Source: a virus. Taken from it: DNA of 44,742 bases. The stretch lies in the IMG/VR virus record IMGVR_UViG_3300037474_000089; one strand, written 5' to 3'. A program made the position numbers and the translations under genes. This document shows positions 32,319 through 42,920 of this stretch, piece by piece. The stretch's first letter is position 1. Every line of letters begins with the position of its first letter. The notes beneath the pieces were generated by a model. It had not been told where the DNA came from. It was given only the letters and a program-made list of their open reading frames with translations, and made no database searches.

Positions 32319-33166
32319 TTCATCACCAATGATGGTTGAATATTATTATGTGGCTGCCCTGCACCCCCAACAACCCCACCTGTTTGGGTCACTGGGCCAC
32401 CAGTTTGCCATACTCTTGGTTGGCTATTCCCTGCGCTTATTTTAAATGGGCCAGAAATATGAAAACCAGGTACTGTTTCATGAGTGTGATCTCCATTTTG
32501 GGATGGGGTTAAAGCTACGTTTTCTGCGCCTCCAGTTGCACCAATCGTATTGGGTAACGTAGCACTTCCAGTACCACCAGCCCCGACAATAACTCTTCGT
32601 GCGGTAAAAGGTAAATTGAAAGTAGTTGACCCGTCTCCGGCTCCATAAGCAGTGCCTATGGCAGCAAATAATGCAGCATAAGTTGTTCTACTTACCGCAG
32701 TTCCATCACAGAACAAATAGCCGCCTGATGGCAATACTGATCCAGCAAAAGGTAATACTGATCCTGCCGGTATAGGATTACCGCTGACCACTTGCCACGA
32801 TGGGTCACTTGGGAGAGCGGTGTTACCTTGCACCTGATTTTCATATATTTTAAAACCAGAACCATCATCATATCTAACGTATGCATAAAGATCGTATGCA
32901 AAAGCACTTCCCAAATTATCAGCCGTCGTGATGAAATCGGGAGTTCCATGGGTCTGATATTGTCTAATTGCATCAGTTATGTCGTAATATAATTGATTAG
33001 TTTGATCGCGAGGAATTGGCAACGCATTAGGATCAGTGTCTAAATCTAATCCATAATCTGGCCCCCATCCTTCATTATAACTAACAGAACCGCTACCCTG
33101 GGTTGGTTCTGGAATAGCAGTTTTATCTCCTGCGACAGCAAATGGGTATACAAAAAACTTAGCCAT
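32300..33166 (-). CDS. Short tail fibre with phage tail-collar domain
   Basis: GSVLPFAGSVLPSGGYLFCDGTAVSRTTYAALFAAIGTAYGAGDGSTTFNLP is the collar-domain signature. The gene lies after the baseplate genes. Confidence 0.8.
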   Translation of the reverse strand: MAKFFVYPFAVAGDKTAIPEPTQGSGSVSYNEGWGPDYGLDLDTDPNALPIPRDQTNQLYYDITDAIRQYQTHGTPDFITTADNLGSAFAYDLYAYVRYDDGSGFKIYENQVQGNTALPSDPSWQVVSGNPIPAGSVLPFAGSVLPSGGYLFCDGTAVSRTTYAALFAAIGTAYGAGDGSTTFNLPFTARRVIVGAGGTGSATLPNTIGATGGAENVALTPSQNGDHTHETVPGFHISGPFKISAGNSQPRVWQTGGPVTQTGGVVGGAGQPHNNIQPSLVMNWIIKT

Positions 33167-33181
33167 TATTAGAGTCCTTTT

Positions 33182-33790
33182 CTATGGTGGAACAATATAA
33201 TTAACATTAACGCCTGCTGGTTTTGGTAATAAATTATACCCTGCAATGACGTTTAAAAGAACAGGATTTATTGCAAAACCAAATTCGTAGGTTATTGTCA
33301 TATCGAAATTATCTATCATCCAAGCACCACCCATGCCTCCAAAAATATAATTTAGAAACTGGTTGACTTCAGTAACAGCTCCTCGACTTACTAACTGGTA
33401 ATATCGTAATTTCAAAGCTATTCTTTGTTCTTCTTCTGTAAGGGTCGGTACGACTAAAGAGCCAGCTAAATTACCATGACCAAAATTTTGATTGTCATTA
33501 GTAAGAGGGTAAGGAAGTACGTTAAATCCCCAAACAGGCGGATCTCCAATTGGAGTAACAGGTACAAATAAAGGTAAGTTCAATATGATAGACCATACTG
33601 TTAAACCAAATAGATCAGCCGTATCTAAGTTAAATATATTTGCATACCATTGCTCCCAAAACAAAGTTCCGTAGAAAGCAGTCCAAATATTTTTATTAAG
33701 TACCAATTGTTGGATATTATTTGAATTTTCGTACTGCCATATCAAAACTTCAAATATGTTTATATTGTAATTAAATTGCTCAATCTTCAT
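33182..33790 (-). CDS. Baseplate/fibre-attachment protein (DUF2612-like, gpI-like position)
   Basis: VLIWQYENSNNIQQL...FNLDTADLFGLTVWSIILNLP. It lies downstream of the J-like gene. Confidence 0.55.
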   Translation of the reverse strand: MKIEQFNYNINIFEVLIWQYENSNNIQQLVLNKNIWTAFYGTLFWEQWYANIFNLDTADLFGLTVWSIILNLPLFVPVTPIGDPPVWGFNVLPYPLTNDNQNFGHGNLAGSLVVPTLTEEEQRIALKLRYYQLVSRGAVTEVNQFLNYIFGGMGGAWMIDNFDMTITYEFGFAINPVLLNVIAGYNLLPKPAGVNVNYIVPP

Positions 33791-35007
33791 AGTATGACTA
33801 CCGTTATGTCACTAACTTCAATAGTGGCCACTTCAAATATTGCTATTGGTAAAGTGTTGGTTGAGTAAGAGACTGGCGATTGTAAAGAGACTTCAACTAA
33901 AGTTACAAATATCGAACGGTTGTAGTAATTTATGGCACCTGCAATTTCAAATGGAGAAACACTCGTTCCTACAGTGAAACCTACTTCTCCAGGTATAAGA
34001 CCTGCTGCGTAGTTTAGAATAGAAGTTTTAACCAAAGTCTGAGGATCCGACAAAGTATCATTAACTCTAACCGTAACTCTTATTTTTACTGGAACTGGAG
34101 TTGGTCTATCGAATAAGATATTCATTACTTGCCCGCTAAATGGCTCAGTATATGAAACACTAACTGGTATTCCGGCGCCATTTGTATATTGGCAACCTCC
34201 ATTCTTTTTAGCCACCAAAGTAGCGGCAATGTCATTATCTGTGCCTCCATCAACACAAACATAAATGCTATTTGGTTCCATTGTTACGCCATCTATCACT
34301 TCCGTGGTTGTGAGAACGTTTTCCCTAAAAGTTGCACTTTTAACGTTTGGTACGGCGTATACCCCAGATAAGATAGCTTCAGCCAATCCTTGTCCTTGAA
34401 TCGCTAAAGTATTTTTACGGTAGGCTCTTAAAGCATCATCGCTTTGTGTGTCGGCGCCAACTGTTGCAGCGGCAGCATTGGTGACAGTTTCCCATCCTAA
34501 AACCACGCTGACAATTTGCGTTAATGTCCCTGGGCTTACTGCAATCGGCCCCGGATTCATGGCTTGAAAAGTTACATTTATGGTTCCGCCAACAGGTATC
34601 GTGACGGTTGAAACTGTTTGAAATATTTGTTGACTAACCGTTTCTTTAGCTTGCGAACCGGAGGGCACAATAGTACCTCCTACTCCACTCAGTGTTCCCA
34701 CCACCGTGCTATAAGTTGCCACTGTTCTTTGTATACCGGTTAATGCACAAATCGCATCTAGAAAGATGCCGCCCGCTAAATTTGGATTTATCTGATTGGC
34801 TACAGTTGCATTGTTGACCGCAATTCCATCGCGAGCTTGGGTTTCTGCGGCAATTAAAAGACCTTGAGGAGTGTTAGGAGTGGTAATCAAATCTTGACCA
34901 AATAGATCTTTGTATTCCGCAATTACTTGATCTTGAATAACTTGAGTATCCGGTATGATCACTCCATCTGGTTCAACGTACTGATACACATTATTAGACA
35001 GTGCCAT
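33787..35007 (-). CDS. Baseplate J-like wedge protein
   Basis: 406 aa. N-terminus PDTQVIQDQVIAEYKDLFGQDLITTPNTPQGLLIAAETQA is typical of the J/gp6-like family. Confidence 0.75.
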   Translation of the reverse strand: MALSNNVYQYVEPDGVIIPDTQVIQDQVIAEYKDLFGQDLITTPNTPQGLLIAAETQARDGIAVNNATVANQINPNLAGGIFLDAICALTGIQRTVATYSTVVGTLSGVGGTIVPSGSQAKETVSQQIFQTVSTVTIPVGGTINVTFQAMNPGPIAVSPGTLTQIVSVVLGWETVTNAAAATVGADTQSDDALRAYRKNTLAIQGQGLAEAILSGVYAVPNVKSATFRENVLTTTEVIDGVTMEPNSIYVCVDGGTDNDIAATLVAKKNGGCQYTNGAGIPVSVSYTEPFSGQVMNILFDRPTPVPVKIRVTVRVNDTLSDPQTLVKTSILNYAAGLIPGEVGFTVGTSVSPFEIAGAINYYNRSIFVTLVEVSLQSPVSYSTNTLPIAIFEVATIEVSDITVVIL

Positions 35008-35350
35008 TAACTACCCCCACACCATAAATTGTTCGAATCGTTATTGTATACGTTAACGTATTATCCGATAAATCAGCTAAAAAAGATACAACTTCTACTA
35101 CTCCGTCAACAGCTAATATAGTCGCACGTACCGCAGCTTCATATTGTTGGAGATTAGGAACCCCAACCCAAATCAATTGAAAGTTTGGCAATCCTTGATT
35201 GGTAGCGAATATCATTTCACCTAAAACTGTTTTTAATGCATGCTCGCATGCTTGTAAAGTTCCTTGCATATCAAATACGATTGCAAGATTACCATCTGTT
35301 CCCAGATAGATGTCATTATTTGAATTAACCGCAAAGCATTGTGCTGTCAT
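34994..35350 (-). CDS. Baseplate wedge protein, gp25/W-like
   Basis: VLGEMIFATNQGLPNF...ILAVDGVVEVV. It sits between the spike and J-like genes. Confidence 0.5.
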   Translation of the reverse strand: MTAQCFAVNSNNDIYLGTDGNLAIVFDMQGTLQACEHALKTVLGEMIFATNQGLPNFQLIWVGVPNLQQYEAAVRATILAVDGVVEVVSFLADLSDNTLTYTITIRTIYGVGVVNGTV

Positions 35351-35358
35351 AATTTATC

Positions 35359-36105
35359 CTATGGCGGAGGGGGTGCAGGTACCCCGGGATTAAATGAAGT
35401 AAGTGCATCGCCAATACCATTAACATAAATATTACCGCCAAAATAGGCAGCATATATCGTAGTAGCTATACCCGTACAACTAAACCCACCCTGTGATCTA
35501 GTAAGCCCTTGTACAACAAGTTCTCCAGTCACGGTTGTTATCGGAGAATCAATGGTTATACCTGTAGATTTAACTTCAATACTATTAGAGCCTGCTGATA
35601 TCGTAATCGAATCTGAAGATAGGGATAGTCTAACAGTACCATCTAAACTCTGTAATACCGCATTCCCATCTTCCCCGGTAGTTGTATAGTTTGCCAATAC
35701 AGACGGAATAAACACTGCGTCAGAGAAGCTTTTGACGCGTTGTGTATTTGGAGGTGACTCTGAATAACTTTGCAAAAACAAACTTATGTCACGATCGTTT
35801 GCAATTACAAAACCTAAATCCCCTACGGTCAAAGGGAAATTTAAAATGTACCCGCCGCCGCCAAAATTTATTACAGGGATATTCGCAATTTGAGCTCTGC
35901 TCACTTGGGCGCCGGAGGTAGACACCATTGCGATCATTAATTCAACCTGTACGCGATTGGCTGTCCTATCGTACGCTAGGACGCGAGCGGGTAGCATACC
36001 ATCTACACTGCGCATTAATTGGCTAAATGCAAAACGTAAAACACCAGCAAGCGTGTCATTGTCCGCAGGATTAATATTCGGATTATTTCCTCGACTATCG
36101 CTCAT
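35359..36105 (-). CDS. Baseplate central spike (Gp138-N / gpV-like)
   Basis: MLPARVLAYDRTANRVQVELMIAMV...IANIPVINFGGGGYILNFPLTVGDLGFVIANDRDIS. Confidence 0.6.
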   Translation of the reverse strand: MSDSRGNNPNINPADNDTLAGVLRFAFSQLMRSVDGMLPARVLAYDRTANRVQVELMIAMVSTSGAQVSRAQIANIPVINFGGGGYILNFPLTVGDLGFVIANDRDISLFLQSYSESPPNTQRVKSFSDAVFIPSVLANYTTTGEDGNAVLQSLDGTVRLSLSSDSITISAGSNSIEVKSTGITIDSPITTVTGELVVQGLTRSQGGFSCTGIATTIYAAYFGGNIYVNGIGDALTSFNPGVPAPPPP

Positions 36106-36926
36106 AATCTACGTGCCGCCTCCGCAATGTAATAAAACGGTGTATCTCTGTTAGCAATCTCAAAACCTAACTTGTAAATTATGTAACTTCCATTTATCGC
36201 AGGGTAAATTTCACTTATTATGTCCAATCCACCCCCCAACCGAGAAACATTGTCTAATAAATATTTAACTCGAATTCCTTGTTCTGTAATTTCAGGAATA
36301 CCGATCATACCGCTAGCTGAGTCTAATATACGACTTGCTCCTCGAATTGGTATCCCTTGGTCTTTAACTACTAGTATATCATCATCTACGAACGCAACGG
36401 TACCCGCAGCGCCTAATAATGCCACTTGGTCTAGAGAAGAACCATTAAAAGTGTAGTTGCTTATATTTTTGTTAGTAGCCTGGAAGTTTAATATCGTGTT
36501 AGTATCCTGTGCAATACCTGCGGCTATCTCTTGCAAGGTAGCTATTCCCGGTTTATTTCTTGCCAGAACCGTCCCTTTATTATAATTACCAGTCAAACAT
36601 TTTAGGGTAATCGTCACATCGGGAGGTTGGGATACGAGGGTACTAATAATATTACCGCTATAAATAAGAGTAGTTCCATATGATTCTCTCCCTGCATAAA
36701 GTTTTAAAACTTTTGGGGTTCGATTAGGGTTAAACGGAGAAGTTTCCGTTAAAATATAATCTTGGGTAACTTTATCCAAATTTGTTATTGTGATCTGAGC
36801 TTCATTTTGCAAAGGATTAGCGTACTTAGTCCCAGTAGCTTTAATGTAAATTTCATCATACGTATTTATTTGACCATTCACTTCGATGGAAACTTGAACT
36901 AACCTAGGATCTAATTGGTTTGTCAT
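36102..36926 (-). CDS. Baseplate hub / tail protein (putative)
   Basis: Synteny only: it lies between the tape-measure-proximal genes and the spike. Confidence 0.35.
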   Translation of the reverse strand: MTNQLDPRLVQVSIEVNGQINTYDEIYIKATGTKYANPLQNEAQITITNLDKVTQDYILTETSPFNPNRTPKVLKLYAGRESYGTTLIYSGNIISTLVSQPPDVTITLKCLTGNYNKGTVLARNKPGIATLQEIAAGIAQDTNTILNFQATNKNISNYTFNGSSLDQVALLGAAGTVAFVDDDILVVKDQGIPIRGASRILDSASGMIGIPEITEQGIRVKYLLDNVSRLGGGLDIISEIYPAINGSYIIYKLGFEIANRDTPFYYIAEAARRL

Positions 36927-36931
36927 ATTCT

Positions 36932-37243
36932 TTAAGAATTCCTAATAGCATCTATTTCAGCTTGGGATAAATAGTATAATTGTTGTGTAACCCCAAATTG
37001 ATCATAAGATGGATAATCTCCATTTTCTGTATTAAAAAAGAAATTACCATCTTCTAAGTATTTATAGGGAATTACGCCTACATATGGTACCAATCTTATC
37101 CCCATGACTATCGGCACATTGTTTCTAATCACGTCCATGGCCATAACATTAGTCGTCAAATACAAGGCAAGATCATATTGATTCCCATCCAGCGTGATGG
37201 AAAAAGATTGATTAGGAATTGCACTTATAGGCACGAATATCAT
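36932..37243 (-). CDS. Tail/baseplate assembly protein (putative)
   Basis: Synteny only. Confidence 0.3.
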   Translation of the reverse strand: MIFVPISAIPNQSFSITLDGNQYDLALYLTTNVMAMDVIRNNVPIVMGIRLVPYVGVIPYKYLEDGNFFFNTENGDYPSYDQFGVTQQLYYLSQAEIDAIRNS

Positions 37244-37794
37244 TAAAATAACCCTTTTAAGTATTTTGAAAACGATATTATCGCAGATTGTTCTTGGGGT
37301 GATGTAGGAACCGTTTTACCCTGTTGCGCACCTCTATTCACTTCGCTACTCTGTTTGACATTTTTGGGAGAATAATCAACTTTAGTTGTAGCAAATTGAG
37401 CTTGTTTTAGCGTTAAAGCTAAGGTTAACGCGTCATATTGATCAGGATTTTCCTCATGCGGCATAGACGCTATTAGTTGATCATAATATACGCCAGACTT
37501 AGTTTGAACGATAAGTAATGTAGCATTCAAATAAAATTGTCTTATTTGTCTGTAAGTATCCTGGTAAGAACCCGGTGGTAAAATAAAAGATAATTCTATT
37601 TCTACCGGCAATATAATTCTGTGATCAGTGATAGTAGCCCCGGTTTCTAAAGGATGCTCCATCACTTTTGCTTCTTCTTTAACCACTGCTTTTAGAGCAC
37701 GAGCCAAAGGAAAAACTTGATTGAAATCTTGGTCAAGTACTTGTACTTGATCGTAAGCTGACGTTGGTAATAAAGTTTCAAGTATATTAGGCAT
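37243..37794 (-). CDS. Distal tail / baseplate protein (putative)
   Basis: Synteny only. It lies immediately after the tape measure gene, with an ATGA-type overlap. Confidence 0.3.
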   Translation of the reverse strand: MPNILETLLPTSAYDQVQVLDQDFNQVFPLARALKAVVKEEAKVMEHPLETGATITDHRIILPVEIELSFILPPGSYQDTYRQIRQFYLNATLLIVQTKSGVYYDQLIASMPHEENPDQYDALTLALTLKQAQFATTKVDYSPKNVKQSSEVNRGAQQGKTVPTSPQEQSAIISFSKYLKGLF

Positions 37795-39098
37795 TATATT
37801 AGCACCCCGCCCGCGATATCATTTTGGGTTTGTCTCAATTGTTTTTGCAATTCCACGCCTAGCCCATATGCAATATCTCTTGGGTCAGTAGCCTGAGTGT
37901 TAATTTGTATTTCACTAATAGTTATGTTTACTTCTTTATTATTACCATTATTGGCGTTAAATATCCCAGCTCCAATTTGAGAAGTTAGAGGACTTTTACT
38001 AGCCGTTTCTATAGCTTCTTTGGCTCCAAAAAATTTAAAATCTGCACCTTGTCTAGCAAGTTCTGCCGTAAATTTATCAATATATGGAGAAGCTATATCG
38101 TATAAAAGTTTTGCGGCATCTATTATGGTATTAACTTTGTCCAACATTTGTTGTAAAAACCAAAGAAGTGCTTTTCCGCTTATTTTGATTATTTCAAAAA
38201 CACCTTTTATTACTTCTCCCAATTGAGGCCATCTTTCTAGCATCCTTCCAATAGCAGAATCGCCGCCACGTTGAAAAGTTTGTATATCATCATAGGCTAA
38301 GGCAAAAGCCGCAGCTAATGCTAAAACAATTCCAACTAACACTGCGGTTGAACCAGCAGTAATAACCATTTCTGCCGCTATCATCCCCAACACTGTTGCA
38401 ATCGGAATTAACGCGCCTTTCACTAATCCGGAATGCTTTCTTAGATAAATTGTAAATTCTGTAAACTTTTCTAATATTTTATCAATAACTGGAATAGCTG
38501 CTAGTATATAATCACGTATTAGGGATTTGAAGCCTCTTCCTGCATCTTGCATGCTATTTTGAAAATGCTTAAATATTATGGAATCTCGAGTAGTGACTAC
38601 CCCCAATTCTTTCTGTCTGGCAACTAAAGCTTCAACTTCTCGTCTGCCTTGTTGTAAGAGTAGGATAGTGGGGGTGTCAAGTCCTAACAGTTTTCCATAT
38701 CTTAATGCTTGTACCTGACCCAACTTCTTAAATTGATCGGCTACTTTTGGGAGAAGTTGTAAAGCAATTTTCGGAGATGTTCCCAAATGTTCGGCCATTG
38801 TTTCTAAAGACTTCGTAAAGCCTTCAACTGTTCCGCCTGTTTTTTGAACAGCACCGCCCCATGCATCCAGTTCACCGATATTAACATTCAGTGCTTGAGA
38901 AGCTTGAGTTAACTCAAAAGCATAACCTACCGCGCTAGTAAGCCCTTTGAATATTCCATAAAGAGATAGCCATTTACGTGCAAATTTATTTAAAGATTGA
39001 TCCATCCTTACAATAGAATCATTGACGCCTTTGAAACTTTTCTCAGCGTCTTTCGAATCTGCTTTAAATAAAATATAAAAGGTATCTAATATTGCCAC
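37794..39098 (-). CDS. Tape measure protein (434 aa)
   Basis: Helical, with hydrophobic segments (GALIPIATVLGMIAAEMVITAGSTAVLVGIVLALAAAFALA). It lies after the frameshifted chaperone pair. Confidence 0.7.
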   Translation of the reverse strand: MAILDTFYILFKADSKDAEKSFKGVNDSIVRMDQSLNKFARKWLSLYGIFKGLTSAVGYAFELTQASQALNVNIGELDAWGGAVQKTGGTVEGFTKSLETMAEHLGTSPKIALQLLPKVADQFKKLGQVQALRYGKLLGLDTPTILLLQQGRREVEALVARQKELGVVTTRDSIIFKHFQNSMQDAGRGFKSLIRDYILAAIPVIDKILEKFTEFTIYLRKHSGLVKGALIPIATVLGMIAAEMVITAGSTAVLVGIVLALAAAFALAYDDIQTFQRGGDSAIGRMLERWPQLGEVIKGVFEIIKISGKALLWFLQQMLDKVNTIIDAAKLLYDIASPYIDKFTAELARQGADFKFFGAKEAIETASKSPLTSQIGAGIFNANNGNNKEVNITISEIQINTQATDPRDIAYGLGVELQKQLRQTQNDIAGGVLI

Positions 39099-39099
39099 G

Positions 39100-39632
39100 T
39101 TACTTCCTCGCAGATTCTTTTTTAGCTGCTTTAGCGGCTAGCCATTCATTAAACTTCGGTACCGCTATAGTTTCCCAGAGTATAAAAGCATCTTCCAGAG
39201 TATATATTGTTCTTAATTCGTGGAGGGTGGCTTTTCCTTCTGAGATAATTGCCCCAAAGAGTCCATCAATGTTTTGGTAATCCACGCTGGAACCTTCTGG
39301 GCTAAACCGCTTAAGAAAGTCGAGGCTAGCCCGTTTTGAAAAAAACTGCAATTGTACTCAATAACGGCAGCTTCCAGTTTCATTAAAGTTTCCCAGTCAC
39401 CAGTGTGCTGATTAACTAATTCATTGGTAGTCAACGGTACGGTAATGTCATTAATCTGAACAGATACATGTCTCAGTAACTTAAGCATGATTTCTTGATT
39501 TGTTTTATATTCGCTCACTTTTGGTATTGATGTAAGCGGATAGTTACAAATAATTTCTCTGCCTTCTATAGCTGGGAATTTATGTATGATAAATTTTTTC
39601 CCATTAACCTCGATTTGTTTTGGTTGTAACAC
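39100..39632 (-). CDS. Tail assembly chaperone, -1 frameshift fusion product (about 177 aa)
   Basis: The zero frame reads AGT TTT TTT CAA. The -1 frame ORF (39351..39100) stays open to 1 nt before the tape measure ATG. Confidence 0.6.
39213..39632 (-). CDS. Tail assembly chaperone (zero-frame product, GTG start)
   Basis: It sits between the tube and tape measure genes. A slippery T7 run lies at codon 97-98. Confidence 0.65.
   Translation of the reverse strand: MLQPKQIEVNGKKFIIHKFPAIEGREIICNYPLTSIPKVSEYKTNQEIMLKLLRHVSVQINDITVPLTTNELVNQHTGDWETLMKLEAAVIEYNCSFFQNGLASTFLSGLAQKVPAWITKTLMDSLGQLSQKEKPPSTN
39339..39345 (-). other. Slippery heptamer T_TTT_TTT for the programmed -1 frameshift
   Basis: Seven A on the plus strand at 39339-39345, in X_XXY_YYZ register with the upstream ORF. 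Confidence 0.6.
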
Positions 39633-39635
39633 GTA

Positions 39636-40079
39636 TTATACCCCCACCTTGTTTTCAAAGCTAAATGAATAAGTTTTAGACTTCAGTCTTCCCTCAGTGG
39701 ATATCGAATTGCCAGGCATACCATCCGTGATAATACCGTTTGTTAAGTTTATAAAATTACCAAAAGGATAAACAATGTTTAAAGTAATGATATCTTTAGC
39801 TCCTTGTTTACCTTTACCAACACGATTTGCTTCAAATAAAATACTGAGGTTTATATCATCAATACTGTTAGGAACTACGCTAATACTTGCCTTAATCGAA
39901 TTTGCCTTAGACCATGAGATTAAATCTCCATTCAACCCCATCGCAGAATCCCCAATTTGTAAACTGGGGATATCGATAGGGTCTGCATCATCGGCAAATT
40001 GTGTAAGTACAAATCCAACCGGAAAAGTATTTGACGCTTTTATTGTGACGACTGCACCAAAACCAGTTATGTTAGTCAT
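39636..40079 (-). CDS. Tail tube protein (DUF3277-like)
   Basis: 147 aa, directly after the sheath gene. Confidence 0.65.
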   Translation of the reverse strand: MTNITGFGAVVTIKASNTFPVGFVLTQFADDADPIDIPSLQIGDSAMGLNGDLISWSKANSIKASISVVPNSIDDINLSILFEANRVGKGKQGAKDIITLNIVYPFGNFINLTNGIITDGMPGNSISTEGRLKSKTYSFSFENKVGV

Positions 40080-40090
40080 GTTTAACTCCC

Positions 40091-41986
40091 TTAAATCAAT
40101 ACTTGTTGTCCGGTTATTAAATTAATATCATCGTCTTTACTATAGATCAATGTGTATTCTGCTTTGTATTCAGTCAAGTTGGTATTCGAGTTAACATAAG
40201 GAACGATAACACAGTTTACCCAGTAGCCAATCGTCTGTACTTGATACCATGCATTCGGATCATCAGCCGTAGAAGTAATGAATGCTTTTTGAGCAGCAGT
40301 CAAAGTCTTATTGGCACTAATCGTACCGTTATTAGTAGCTTCTTCTATAACAGACTGAAGAACCGCTAATATTTGACTTTTACCTTGCTCATTAGCCGGG
40401 ACTCTATTTTGCGTCAATAATAAATTCAATAACGCAGATTGCATTGCATCTTTTAACCACATTTCATTGGCATAAATATTTAAGAATTGTGGGGCACTAA
40501 CTGGTCCTTGCATAACGCCTCTTTGATAGAAAGCTAATAAAACACCAGCAGTTTGAGTAACCCCGTAATAGTTTATCTTTAGCCCATCATAAAAATTGGC
40601 GTCTGTATCAGTTGAAATACTAGGAGTCAAATTAGAGATCTGAAACATGTAATTTTGAACTGAATTTGGCTGTTCATAATTGGTAGCGGCCAATATCATC
40701 ATTGGGAATTGCTCTGGATATTCGGTTGCTACAGGAGCCAATGTAATTTGGGTACCAGCGAATCCATTCAGAACATTAGCATAAGAAATTGCCAATGTTT
40801 GATTAAGAACCGGCACGCAATAAATATAGCTTACATTTTGAGCAGCATTCCATTCTGCAACACTAACGATGTCATCTAAGCTAATAGCTTCAATGAATAA
40901 AAAAGAACCAAAATTATTAGAAGCTTGGGAAGAAGTGATCACGGAATCTAGAGGTGTTGGAGCCGTTAGCCCATTCATCCATACTAAAGTTGTACCGCTC
41001 ACCCATCCTAACAAGTTTCCTATTGGAGTACCAGCCGTTCCTTCTGCTACACTAATCACGACATCCGCAGCTTCTCCGCCTAGGAAATTAAAACTGCCTC
41101 TAGTCGTATCATAAGTTACTGTAGCTGATGTCCATTGTACGCCACCGGCGGTTACTGCTTGAATAGCGGATTGAATGGTTCCCGCGATGTTAGCTAAAGT
41201 TACATCTCCAGTAAAATCAATACCAGTAAGAGCTTGAGAAAAATCACCTATGGTTAAAGTAAAACTACCATCCGTAATAGGAGTGTACATCCCTGCTGTT
41301 TGTGATTGAATGTTGCCTAAGATTTGAGGAGGAGTAGCACCAATGCCATCAGAAACAATTAAAGTCGGGCCGGATATCCATCCTAATAATCCGCCAATAG
41401 GCTGACCAAAAGTTCCTTCAATTACTCTAATTACCGCAGGAGCACTATCATCTCCCCCTTGAATATTGAAGCTCCCTCGGACTGGATCGTACACAACTGT
41501 GGCGAGTGCCCATAAATTATCTAATGGAAATGCGGATTGAATAGCATTTTGTATACGAAGTGCTACATCGGAGAGACTGGTATCAGTCGTGAAATTGAAT
41601 GCAGAAAAAGAAACAGTGTGGGAACCGAGAGTTAAGCTCATTGTCCCGCCAGTAATAGTGTTATACGTACCCACTGATTGAGGCTGAATATTTCCGAATA
41701 TTTGAGGAAATGTAGCACCATCAGTATAACGAGCATAATCAATGGAAGGGGGCACTGTGCCATTTTTGCTAACCCAACCAAAATAATAAACTGCTCGTTT
41801 GTATTCATCAGAAGAGGTACCAAACCAACTTCCAACCTCAGAAGCGCTAGTGAAGGTAACAAAACCATTGGTGGGCACTAATTCATTTTGTGTGAAAATT
41901 CTACCAGTGAGACTTCTTCGGGGCACGGAAGAACCAGCGCCGACACTGGATATAATGTCTACATATCTAGTTATTGAAATTGCCAT
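40091..41986 (-). CDS. Tail sheath protein (DUF3383-like) with an internally duplicated insertion domain
   Basis: 631 aa. Supported by synteny. The duplicated segment is [28 protein letters not shown]... and [28 protein letters not shown].... Confidence 0.75.
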   Translation of the reverse strand: MAISITRYVDIISSVGAGSSVPRRSLTGRIFTQNELVPTNGFVTFTSASEVGSWFGTSSDEYKRAVYYFGWVSKNGTVPPSIDYARYTDGATFPQIFGNIQPQSVGTYNTITGGTMSLTLGSHTVSFSAFNFTTDTSLSDVALRIQNAIQSAFPLDNLWALATVVYDPVRGSFNIQGGDDSAPAVIRVIEGTFGQPIGGLLGWISGPTLIVSDGIGATPPQILGNIQSQTAGMYTPITDGSFTLTIGDFSQALTGIDFTGDVTLANIAGTIQSAIQAVTAGGVQWTSATVTYDTTRGSFNFLGGEAADVVISVAEGTAGTPIGNLLGWVSGTTLVWMNGLTAPTPLDSVITSSQASNNFGSFLFIEAISLDDIVSVAEWNAAQNVSYIYCVPVLNQTLAISYANVLNGFAGTQITLAPVATEYPEQFPMMILAATNYEQPNSVQNYMFQISNLTPSISTDTDANFYDGLKINYYGVTQTAGVLLAFYQRGVMQGPVSAPQFLNIYANEMWLKDAMQSALLNLLLTQNRVPANEQGKSQILAVLQSVIEEATNNGTISANKTLTAAQKAFITSTADDPNAWYQVQTIGYWVNCVIVPYVNSNTNLTEYKAEYTLIYSKDDDINLITGQQVLI

Positions 41987-42001
41987 ATTAATAGTACTCC
42001 C

Positions 42002-42541
42002 TTAAACCCTAAAAATGTCATACTCAACGTGGTCAATAGCGTTACCGGTAGAAACCCTAGTCTGCGTATGCGTTAATGTAAAATCAAAACTTGGTGAAGC
42101 TTCAAAGTTATCCATGTCGTCGGTAAAGTAGCCATTGGAAACTTCTGTTATTCTTAAAATTGCTATGCCATTATTGTACAATATATTTAATGTATTATCA
42201 CTCTGCATTATTGCCGCAACTTCATTTACTATATCTGAAGCTGTATATTGATCTGGCGTACCGGGATTTTGTAAAGCCAGGGCACTTATCTGAAAGGTAG
42301 TCTCATAGGCTTGTTCTTCTGTATGTATCATTACTCCATTTATGGAATCCCAAGTATCATATCGTCTTAAGAATCCATACCTGTGGTCTCCTATTTTATA
42401 AAAGGTCACGGTAGGCACAAGTGGAGTACCCTGTTGGGTAGGTTGATTAGCGGCAATAACGTTAACGCCTACAAATCCATCAGCAATTAATCCATTTTGG
42501 ATTATCGGAAAAAAAATTTGTATTAGTTGGTTATCTCGCAT
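42002..42541 (-). CDS. Neck / tail-completion protein (putative)
   Basis: Synteny only. Confidence 0.35.
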   Translation of the reverse strand: MRDNQLIQIFFPIIQNGLIADGFVGVNVIAANQPTQQGTPLVPTVTFYKIGDHRYGFLRRYDTWDSINGVMIHTEEQAYETTFQISALALQNPGTPDQYTASDIVNEVAAIMQSDNTLNILYNNGIAILRITEVSNGYFTDDMDNFEASPSFDFTLTHTQTRVSTGNAIDHVEYDIFRV

Positions 42542-42554
42542 TTTATCAAAAACC

Positions 42555-42920
42555 TTAATGTATTAAACAGCACAGAACCCCTTTCCATTTATCTACTGCA
42601 AACCAGTCGTTATTTGATTCACATTGGAAACGCTGATTGTTGAAAACTATTTGATCATTAGATACGTCTCTTTGTAGATCAATTATGTCATTAAGTGTAT
42701 AGAAAGTGTAATAGTTTTTCTGAAAATCTAACCCATAGGCTTCATACAGATTACGGGGTACCGCCTGAAAACTTCCTCGGATATTTACAGGTTCGTCATA
42801 AGGGGTAACCCATTGACCAACGGAATTTAGCGTTCGAGTTAAAGCTTTATAGTAAGCAACAGTTTGTGGTACAATCACTGTTAGAGCCTGTTTTAATAAA
42901 TTTGAACCTGGAGTTCCCAT
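42555..42920 (-). CDS. Head-tail joining / head-closure-like protein (putative)
   Basis: Synteny and size only. Confidence 0.35.
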   Translation of the reverse strand: MGTPGSNLLKQALTVIVPQTVAYYKALTRTLNSVGQWVTPYDEPVNIRGSFQAVPRNLYEAYGLDFQKNYYTFYTLNDIIDLQRDVSNDQIVFNNQRFQCESNNDWFAVDKWKGVLCCLIH

